From NCBI GenBank assembly GCA_030149965.1, contig JASLHB010000091.1, positions 1 through 24,000 of the forward strand: a stretch of DNA of 24,000 bases, read 5' to 3'. The notes below the pieces were generated by a model that saw nothing but the letters and a program-made list of their open reading frames with translations, did no database searches and had not been told where the DNA came from. The translations under genes were made by a program, and so were the position numbers. Source of the stretch: Wohlfahrtiimonas sp. Lineage in GTDB: Bacteria; Pseudomonadota; Gammaproteobacteria; Cardiobacteriales; Wohlfahrtiimonadaceae. Shown one piece after another: positions 17,610 through 24,000 of the stretch; position 1 is the first letter of the stretch; each line of letters opens with the position of its first letter.

Positions 17610-19436
17610 ATGAGAAAGATAGTCGGAATAATATTGTTATTAGGTAGTACTTCTTATTCAAATGAACTGTTGCCAGAGTTGAATGAATTCATGGTGCTCG
17701 AGCCTGAGCATGATCAATGTATTGAGCAGAATGCTTATATTGGTTGGGCAGGATTGCGATATCCTCAAGATAATTGGCAAACTGTTTATCAGGAGGTTTT
17801 TAAACAAAATAGCCAATATCTTAATAATCAAATTAAAAATGGATTAATTCTGACTAATTACTTTGCTAATCCACAGCAAGCAATTTTACGTATTCACAGT
17901 GATTCAGATGCTTTAAAAGATTTTGGTAAGCCCAGGCACAATAATTTACAAAAACTCAAAGATTATAATAATAATACAAAGGCTTTTTTAAGTTTTAAGC
18001 AAGATCAGTTTGAGAATAAACGTTATCGTTATACGAGTGATTTCTTTCCATGTATGATTTATTTGGATGATAATTGTATTGAAATAATGAAAGAGCGATC
18101 CGATTATGTACGCCATACATTGGAAAAAAATAGCGAGTTGATTGATCGTTTTCAAAAATTAGTAAAATCATCGACTTATAGCTATGCATTGTTGTATAAC
18201 GATTTCAACTCTGCCTTTGAAGTGGATTTGACTTCTGGCATGTCAGAAGTGATGCAGCTTTCTTTGGCAAAAGCTGTGATGTCGATATTAGATGGCGATT
18301 TAGATGAGGGCTTAGAACAATTAAAAATTGTGCGTCAATGGATTGATTTCATGTATGTAGAAGAATCTCAAGCGCCGATTACACATTTCTTCCTCAATGT
18401 ATCTATGACTCAATTTTTAGATCAAACGATGAATGCTTTATTAAGTTCAGGTTTACTCAATGATTCATTGAATGATCCTCGTTTGGCATTCATCATGCGC
18501 TTATATCCAGAAAACATTGGGCGTAAACTGAATGAGGCTATTTTATTCAATATTAAGCAAGATTTTAAAAACTTCGCATATTCATACATTAAGGTTTATA
18601 AATCTCAAAAGAGATTGCCATTATCATTTGAAGATGAATATTTGTTATTATCGTATTTGCAAGCTTATGGCGTGATTCTATCACCTAATTTGTATGATTT
18701 ATATTTGTTGCGCGCGGAACAAGCCAAAACTAGAAGTGATTGGACGAAAGTGCGCGACTTACAGCAGGATATCCAAACATCAGATGGTAGTGTTTATGGT
18801 TTGTCATTTGAAGAAAATGTTGCGCATGATTTCTTTATACAAGATCTGTCGAATGTTTATTTAACGCAAGCAGAAGAGAGCTACTTTGTAGATTTATTGA
18901 ATGAATGGTATGGAGATTATTTAGAAGATCTCGGCTTTACCTTGCCAGAAGTGCTATTTGATTTAAATACGAAATATCCTTCAATAGATTTCTATAATGA
19001 ATATTTTGCGGCGATTCAAACATTAGAATTAAAAGAAAATATCCAATCGCATTTAACCGTTAAAAAGCTGATGTCGCTTTTTCCAAATATGAACGATCAT
19101 ACAATGGGCATTGCTCAGAGAATGGTCGATTATAGGATGTTTGATTATTATTGGTCACGATTATACGAACAACAAAATTATCATCAGCTAGTTTATTTAA
19201 AGTATTTGGTAATGAAAGATCGAGTTCTAGCTAAAGAGATTCCTGATTTTCTTAAAGCGCAAGGCAATATTGTTTACAATACGATGAGCCATCAACCTTA
19301 TACGTATGATGCGAAAAGTGGGAAATTATATACGCCATTGCCTCGACAAAGTAAGCATTTGCCTTCGAACATTAAGATCATCAGATTGCGTGATAGTAAT
19401 ATTCAAAATTTTGAAGTGATTTTACCCAAATACTAA
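17610..19436 (+). CDS. Hypothetical secreted protein, 608 aa, no family recognised
   Basis: Long uninterrupted ORF in an AT-rich stretch where stop codons would otherwise be frequent. N-terminal signal-like sequence MRKIVGIILLLGSTSYS|NE. The remainder is rich in Tyr/Asn/Asp/Leu and reads as mostly helical. I recognise no motif. Weak Shine-Dalgarno sequence (GGAA). Confidence 0.7.
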   Translation: MRKIVGIILLLGSTSYSNELLPELNEFMVLEPEHDQCIEQNAYIGWAGLRYPQDNWQTVYQEVFKQNSQYLNNQIKNGLILTNYFANPQQAILRIHSDSDALKDFGKPRHNNLQKLKDYNNNTKAFLSFKQDQFENKRYRYTSDFFPCMIYLDDNCIEIMKERSDYVRHTLEKNSELIDRFQKLVKSSTYSYALLYNDFNSAFEVDLTSGMSEVMQLSLAKAVMSILDGDLDEGLEQLKIVRQWIDFMYVEESQAPITHFFLNVSMTQFLDQTMNALLSSGLLNDSLNDPRLAFIMRLYPENIGRKLNEAILFNIKQDFKNFAYSYIKVYKSQKRLPLSFEDEYLLLSYLQAYGVILSPNLYDLYLLRAEQAKTRSDWTKVRDLQQDIQTSDGSVYGLSFEENVAHDFFIQDLSNVYLTQAEESYFVDLLNEWYGDYLEDLGFTLPEVLFDLNTKYPSIDFYNEYFAAIQTLELKENIQSHLTVKKLMSLFPNMNDHTMGIAQRMVDYRMFDYYWSRLYEQQNYHQLVYLKYLVMKDRVLAKEIPDFLKAQGNIVYNTMSHQPYTYDAKSGKLYTPLPRQSKHLPSNIKIIRLRDSNIQNFEVILPKY

Positions 19437-19586
19437 ATATTTAATTGATTCAAGATCAATTGTCTAAGATTATTTGTAATGAGTAACAAATGTGATATTT
19501 GTCTATGATTGATTTAGTTTCACCCTGTTGTTGCAATTGAGGGATATAATAGTGCGCTTTCAAATACTATAAACAGGGCAAATAAA

Positions 19587-19760
19587 ATGAAAAAATGTCA
19601 TACATGTGAGAAAGAGCTGATGGTTGCATTCTTTAATGCGCAATCTGGTGATGATTGTGTGTTTTGTGCTGATGATAGAATCACGTTGGCGAGATCTCAA
19701 AAACATAACTTTGAAGAAGTAGAAGATACAGGTTGTGCTGGCGGCGCATGTACATTATAA
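19587..19760 (+). CDS. Small Cys-rich zinc-ribbon protein (57 aa), absent from the ORF track (below its size cutoff)
   Basis: Hand translation: MKKCHTCEKELMVAFFNAQSGDDCVFCADDRITLARSQKHNFEEVEDTGCAGGACTL then TAA. It has CxxC-x16-CxxC plus a C-terminal CAGGAC pair. An AGGG Shine-Dalgarno-like element lies 9 nt upstream of the ATG, TATAAT is at 19545-19550, and a strong terminator starts 34 nt after the stop. Confidence 0.5.
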   Translation: MKKCHTCEKELMVAFFNAQSGDDCVFCADDRITLARSQKHNFEEVEDTGCAGGACTL

Positions 19761-19793
19761 GAAAATTATAGTTACGAATGAGATTGAGTTAAA

Positions 19794-19816
19794 AAAACCG
19801 AGCAATGCTCGGTTTT
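19794..19816. terminator. Bidirectional terminator between the small ORF (+) and acuI (-)
   Basis: AAAACCGAG (19794-19802), CAATG loop, CTCGGTTTT (19808-19816). It is flanked by an A-run on the left and a T-rich tract on the right. It lies 24 nt beyond the acuI stop on the minus strand. Confidence 0.8.
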
Positions 19817-19839
19817 ATATTTTCAATATCAAAAAGAAT

Positions 19840-20817
19840 TTAGATTTTTACAACCAATCTACCTTTAATTTCAGCATTGATGATTTTATCAGCATTCTCA
19901 ATGACATCTTCTAATGCAATTTCAGTGCGAATCGTTGCTAATGTTGCAGGATCAATTAATTCAGCTAAACGACTCCAAGCTTCAATGCGATCAGGCAATG
20001 GGCGCATTACGCTATCAACACCGCGTAAAGTGACATTACGTAAAATGAATGGCATGACTGTGCCATCTAGATCAAATCCTTGTGCTAAGCCACAAGCTGC
20101 AACACAACCACCATATTCAGTTGCAGCCAATACATTGACTAAAGTATTGCTACCCACAGAATCAATAGCACCAACCCAGCGCATTTTTTGTAGCGGTTTA
20201 CCTTTTTCAGATAAGTCATGGCGATCAATGATTTCTTTTGCGCCTAATTGGTAAAGATATTCGTGTTCGCTGGCTTTGCCTGTTGAAGCAATTACGTCGT
20301 AGCCTAATTTTGCTAATAATGAAACAGCAAAGCTACCAACACCGCCAGTTGCACCAGTTACGAGAATTTTTCCTGATTCTGGTGTTAAACCATGCTTTTC
20401 TAATGCAATGACGGATAACATTGCTGTGTAGCCAGCAGTACCGATTGTCATAGCATCTATGGGAGAAATTGATGTCGGTAAATGGATTAACCAATCAGAT
20501 TTTAAAGATGCTTTTTCTGCTAAGCCACCAGAATGAACTTCACCCACACCGAAGCCATTCAATACAACAGTATCGCCAATTTTAAAACGGCTAGATTCAC
20601 TTCCTGTCACCTTCCCAACTAAATCAATACCAGGAGTTAAGGGAAATGTACGTACTACAGGGCTTTTATTTGTGATAGCTAATGCATCTTTATAGTTCAT
20701 TGTGGATGCAATCACATCAATTTTCACATCGCCTTCAGGCAATTGGTCTTCTGTGAGATTTGTTAACGTTGCTGTGTATTCAGGGTTTTTATCAATCACG
20801 ATTGCTTTATATGTCAT
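19840..20817 (-). CDS. acuI: NADPH-dependent acrylyl-CoA reductase / YhdH-type MDR-family oxidoreductase (325 aa)
   Basis: Collinear with E. coli YhdH/AcuI. LPEGDV.IDV..S..NYKDALAIT.K matches. FP..PGID..G.V matches. GW/FGVGE.H.GGLAE.A matches. TGATGGVGS.AV.LL.KLGY.V.A.TGK..EHEYL..LGA matches. YGGCVAACGLA.GF.L..TVMPFILRNV.L.GVDSV matches. I start it at Met15 of the track ORF (ATG 20817, GAGG Shine-Dalgarno sequence). Confidence 0.88.
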   Translation of the reverse strand: MTYKAIVIDKNPEYTATLTNLTEDQLPEGDVKIDVIASTMNYKDALAITNKSPVVRTFPLTPGIDLVGKVTGSESSRFKIGDTVVLNGFGVGEVHSGGLAEKASLKSDWLIHLPTSISPIDAMTIGTAGYTAMLSVIALEKHGLTPESGKILVTGATGGVGSFAVSLLAKLGYDVIASTGKASEHEYLYQLGAKEIIDRHDLSEKGKPLQKMRWVGAIDSVGSNTLVNVLAATEYGGCVAACGLAQGFDLDGTVMPFILRNVTLRGVDSVMRPLPDRIEAWSRLAELIDPATLATIRTEIALEDVIENADKIINAEIKGRLVVKI

Positions 20818-20818
20818 A

Positions 20819-21964
20819 TTAACCTCTTGTTTTATTTCCAAGTTTATACAGAGTTGCAATGTTTCTGGATAATGATAACAGATTATCCGCTGTATCTTTT
20901 AATGCTTTCTCTAAGGATTCAGGGCGTTGTGTTACAGTGAAAATGGCATCAATTCCATGATCATGAACATGATGAGCATCATGTCCGAGGGATCCTGCAA
21001 TGCCAATTACAGGCTTTCCAAATTTTTTAGCGACTTTTGCAACACCAATGGGTGTTTTGCCAAAAATGGTTTGTTTATCAATTCTTCCTTCACCTGTAAT
21101 GACAAGATCAGCATCTTTCACAGCATTTGCAAGATTCACAATATCCATCACAATGCGAATACCAGGTTTTAATTGCCCTTTGAGGAATGCTAAAGCTGCA
21201 AATCCCATTCCACCTGCTGCACCTGCGCCATTTGCATGGCGGTGATCTTCATTGAATAGGGCAGTTGTGATATCTGCATAATGATCTAAGGCTGAATCTA
21301 AAGCTGTGACATCGTTTTCTGTCGCACCTTTTTGTGGGCCAAAAATTGCAGAAGCACCACGTTCACCAACCAAAGGATTATCCACATCACAGGCAATTTC
21401 AAATTCACATTCTTGAATGCGTGCATCAAAATTACTGAGATCAATAGTATGAAGTTGTTGTAATGCAGCACCGCCTGAGAATAATGGTTGTTGATTATGA
21501 TCGAAGAATTGTACTCCCAATGCTTGTAACATACCTGTGCCACCATCATTGGTTGCACTACCACCAATCGCGAGAATGATTTTTCTTGCACCATGATCCA
21601 AGGCATGACGAATCAATTCGCCTGTGCCATAAGTTGTGGTGATTAATGGATTACGTTCATCAGCAGATAACAATGTTAATCCGCTTGCTGTTGCCATTTC
21701 AATGATGGCAACAGAATCATTATCCACTAAGCCATAATGGGCTGTGACTTTGCGTTGTAATGGATCATTGACTTCGACAGCGACTAATCGACCATTTTTA
21801 GCATCAACAATGGCTTGTAATGTTCCTTCGCCACCATCAGCAACTGGGATTTTAGAAAAGGTTGCTTCAGGAAAAACAGACTGAAAACCTTGTTCAACAA
21901 TATTGGCAATTTCTAGAGCACTCAAGCTCTCTTTGAATGAATCTGGGGCGATAACAATGTGCAT
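20819..21964 (-). CDS. glxK: Glycerate kinase (glycerate 2-kinase family, 381 aa)
   Basis: The N-terminus MHIVIAPDSFKESLSALEIA..VEQGF...FPEA.....PVADGGEGT is nearly identical in pattern to E. coli GlxK/GarK, and I cannot tell which paralogue it is. GGSATNDGG.GML.ALG and a C-terminal ...L.ITGEGR.D.QT..GK.P.GVA... are also present. GGAG Shine-Dalgarno sequence. Confidence 0.92.
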   Translation of the reverse strand: MHIVIAPDSFKESLSALEIANIVEQGFQSVFPEATFSKIPVADGGEGTLQAIVDAKNGRLVAVEVNDPLQRKVTAHYGLVDNDSVAIIEMATASGLTLLSADERNPLITTTYGTGELIRHALDHGARKIILAIGGSATNDGGTGMLQALGVQFFDHNQQPLFSGGAALQQLHTIDLSNFDARIQECEFEIACDVDNPLVGERGASAIFGPQKGATENDVTALDSALDHYADITTALFNEDHRHANGAGAAGGMGFAALAFLKGQLKPGIRIVMDIVNLANAVKDADLVITGEGRIDKQTIFGKTPIGVAKVAKKFGKPVIGIAGSLGHDAHHVHDHGIDAIFTVTQRPESLEKALKDTADNLLSLSRNIATLYKLGNKTRG

Positions 21965-21973
21965 AATGGCTCC

Positions 21974-23254
21974 TTAGAAAATTGCGAATACGCCGAAAAT
22001 TAAAGTAGAAACAATTGCTAAAACTAAACCAATCAAAGTTTCATAAGGAATCAATTTTAAACGCTCTTTCATGTCCATATTTACAGCGCCGCCTGTTGCA
22101 TGGAAGAAACTACCATGTGGCATGTGATCTAATGTTGTTGCACCTGCGTGAATCATTGCTGCCGATGCTAAAGCAGGAATGCCTAAACTTAACAGAATTT
22201 CACCAAATGAACCTGATGCAACAGCTGTACCTGCGGTTGTGGATGCAGTTGCTAATGACATTAACGAGCCTGAAATTGGTGCCAACATATAATCAGGCAA
22301 ATTGGTTGCGTTGATTAAATTCACCATCGTAGTTTTTAATTCAGAAGAACCAATGATGCCAGCTAATGTGCCTGTACCTAATAACATGATCGCAACGCCA
22401 GACATTCTGTGTAAACCAGAGATTGCATAATGGTTAATGTGTTTCACTTTACCCATCATAATTGCTCCAACTAAACCGCCAACAGGTAAAGCAATCATAG
22501 GATCAATCGTGATTTTAGCGATAGGGCGAAGTGCCAATAACAATATTGCGGCAATTGGCCCTGAAATAGCACATAAGAATTTTGGTAAGTCAGTATTATC
22601 AATGGTTGTTAAATCTGTTGTGTGAATATTACTGCCTTTTTTGGTTAACCATTTTGCTAAGAAGTATGTTGCGATTAAACCAAAAATTGCAGGGATAATG
22701 CCTGCTGCCATTAAGCTCGTCATTTCAATGTGGAAGAAATCTGAAGCGGCGATTGTGTTTGGATTTGGCGATACAATATTGCCAGCTTTACCACCACCAA
22801 CCATTGCCAATAGAATTGCCATTTTAGATAAATTAGCTTTATGTCCAATTGCTAGAGCAATCGGTGCAACGGTTATGACTGCGACGTCAATGAAAACACC
22901 TGACATGGTAAGGATACAAGTTGCAAGGATCAATGCTAATAAGGCTTTAGCTTCGCCAACTTTACGAATAATGGTTTCAGCAATGATTAATGCCGCACCT
23001 GATTCGATGAGTACACCTGCTAAAACACCTGCTGCAATGATGCGTAAAACGGCAGGCATGATGCCTTGAGCACCTTGCATCATTGTACTAACAGTTGTTG
23101 TGAGTGCAACATCCATAGATGCTTGAAAAATTAATCCTACAAAACCACCCACAAAAGCACCGATTAACATACCGTAAACAGGCGGGACTTTTCTGAGGAT
23201 TAAGATAATGGCAAGTATAAGTGCAACAAGTGCGCCAGTCAGTGTGATGGTCAT
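21974..23254 (-). CDS. GntP-family (gluconate/glycerate:H+ symporter type) permease, 426 aa
   Basis: Polytopic membrane protein of about 12 TM helices with GntP-like N-terminal and internal motifs (...GAFVGG..., ...GGGKAGNIVSPNPNT..., ...HMPHGSFFH...). It lies directly upstream of glycerate kinase in the same operon. Substrate is not determinable from the sequence. Confidence 0.8.
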   Translation of the reverse strand: MTITLTGALVALILAIILILRKVPPVYGMLIGAFVGGFVGLIFQASMDVALTTTVSTMMQGAQGIMPAVLRIIAAGVLAGVLIESGAALIIAETIIRKVGEAKALLALILATCILTMSGVFIDVAVITVAPIALAIGHKANLSKMAILLAMVGGGKAGNIVSPNPNTIAASDFFHIEMTSLMAAGIIPAIFGLIATYFLAKWLTKKGSNIHTTDLTTIDNTDLPKFLCAISGPIAAILLLALRPIAKITIDPMIALPVGGLVGAIMMGKVKHINHYAISGLHRMSGVAIMLLGTGTLAGIIGSSELKTTMVNLINATNLPDYMLAPISGSLMSLATASTTAGTAVASGSFGEILLSLGIPALASAAMIHAGATTLDHMPHGSFFHATGGAVNMDMKERLKLIPYETLIGLVLAIVSTLIFGVFAIF

Positions 23255-23421
23255 GATGTAATTCCAAGGTTCAGGTAAGAAATATTTTGGATTAAGTTTA
23301 TATTGTTTTTTATAGAATTGATCGAAAAGTATATTTACAACTAGAATGAGTCAAAATTATATAAATATTAATTGTTTATCATTAGTTTTAGTAGAGATAG
23401 ATCAAATTATTTAAATAAAAT

Positions 23422-24000
23422 TTAAATGTAATATTGAGTGATTAGCTCTTTTCCATGAGTAAAATTAATTTTAGCTAAAGCACCATTTATTAGTGACATT
23501 TGTGGTGCTACATGGCCAATATCGACATCATAAAGAACAGGGATAGATAAATTTCCGAAAATTGATTTCAATACATCAAGATCATTTAATTCTGATTCAT
23601 TAGTAATTGGTGTAGCTGCGTTTCTACCAATTAAAATGCCTGATAAATTATCAAACCATTTCAGCATTTGTAACTGTAAGAGTGTGCGAGATAACTGGCA
23701 GGGTGTCATTTCAACATTTTCAAAATAGAGAATTACGCCATCGTTCTCATGTTGTTGGCAAAATCTTGGAATGTCACCAAACTTTGTGCCTGCTAATCTA
23801 GCAATAGAGTCCAAACATCCACCGATTAATCGACCTTTAAATTCTATGGGTATTGTTTGGCCATCTAATCTTGTCCATTGATTGTTCTGTGAAGAATATT
23901 GTGTGATTGATTGGCTATGTGTCGATTCTAAAACAGCCCAAATTGCCTCAGTCGTTGGATCTAGATTTATTTCACTTAGTTGCATTAAATTTGGCCCATG
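23422..24000 (-). CDS. S66-family LD-carboxypeptidase / MccF-like peptidase, C-terminal about 190 aa (gene continues past the window end)
   Basis: The reading frame stays open to nt 24000 (…HGPNLMQLS…, the family's conserved HGP motif). GGCLDSI..LAGT is present. ILYFENVE holds the catalytic Glu region and YDVDIGHV.PQ..L.NG holds the catalytic His. The Met at 23985 in the track is internal. Confidence 0.8.
   Translation of the reverse strand, partial: HGPNLMQLSEINLDPTTEAIWAVLESTHSQSITQYSSQNNQWTRLDGQTIPIEFKGRLIGGCLDSIARLAGTKFGDIPRFCQQHENDGVILYFENVEMTPCQLSRTLLQLQMLKWFDNLSGILIGRNAATPITNESELNDLDVLKSIFGNLSIPVLYDVDIGHVAPQMSLINGALAKINFTHGKELITQYYI

Noticed and set aside
19587-19760. Small Cys-rich ORF as a DksA/TraR-type C4 zinc-finger protein or as a RiPP precursor.
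   Set aside because: The CxxC spacing is similar to TraR's, but the N-terminal coiled coil with an acidic tip is missing. No modification enzyme, protease or exporter genes are nearby to support a RiPP. I kept it only as a generic zinc-ribbon ORF.
17466-19816. The shared hairpin arms as a known DNA uptake sequence.
   Set aside because: By eye I found neither the Neisseria DUS (GCCGTCTGAA) nor the Pasteurellaceae USS (AAGTGCGGT or ACAAGCGGT) in the window. Two copies of AAAACCGAG are not enough to call an uptake signal, so a genome-wide count is needed.
19877-23069. Plus-strand ORFs opposite acuI (19877-20254), glxK (20927-21172, 21000-21245) and the GntP permease (22015-22314, 22437-22625, 22641-23069), and the minus-strand alternate-frame ORF 21298-21606.
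   Set aside because: The minus-strand frames give full-length, motif-rich matches to known families. The opposite-strand ORFs are typical Ala/Pro/Ser/Met-rich shadows of membrane or Gly-rich genes.
23255-23421. AT-rich 167-nt spacer between the S66 peptidase and the GntP permease, as a possible promoter or operator with a distant TTGATC...GATCAA repeat.
   Set aside because: I could not find a convincing -35/-10 pair at proper spacing on the minus strand. The 6-bp repeat arms are about 90 nt apart in very AT-rich DNA, which chance explains well. A promoter probably lies here, but I cannot place it.
1-24000. Search for mobile elements, CRISPR arrays, tRNA/rRNA/tmRNA genes, toxin-antitoxin pairs or defence genes.
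   Set aside because: I recognised no transposase, integrase or recombinase-like ORF. I saw no spaced direct-repeat array and no tRNA-like T-arm outside coding sequence. There are no small paired ORFs with toxin-antitoxin features. All long ORFs except 17610-19436 are assignable to housekeeping or metabolic families.

Overview
AT-rich beta/gamma-proteobacterial chromosome, judged from the RpoC, SpoT and PNPase sequences. I ran no database search, and every call comes from reading the translations and the DNA by eye. The window is mostly core information-processing genes. On the + strand: rpoB 3' end, rpoC, a strong terminator, nusB, a solitary pilU-like ATPase and tcdA. Next comes a convergent IalB-like secreted protein on the - strand. 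The + strand then carries a tightly packed run of gmk, rpoZ, spoT, an orphan CHASE2/PAS histidine kinase, a roxA(ycfD)-like ribosomal oxygenase and a DUF192 protein, followed by rpsO, pnp and a terminator. After that lies a 2.3-kb module with a 608-aa orphan secreted protein and a 57-aa Cys-rich zinc-ribbon ORF that the ORF track missed. The - strand then holds a GntP permease, glycerate kinase and acuI/yhdH operon, and the 3' part of an S66 LD-carboxypeptidase gene running off the window. I found no rRNA, tRNA, CRISPR array, transposase, integrase or recognisable defence or toxin genes. I cannot honestly point to a clear new multi-gene system. Three things deserve a second look. (1) The orphan module at 17.5-19.8 kb is bracketed by two terminators with identical arms. 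(2) spoT, the sensor kinase, the uL16 hydroxylase and DUF192 are physically and translationally coupled. (3) The RoxA homologue has a His/Asp/Cys-rich tail whose codons create the overlapping start of the next gene.
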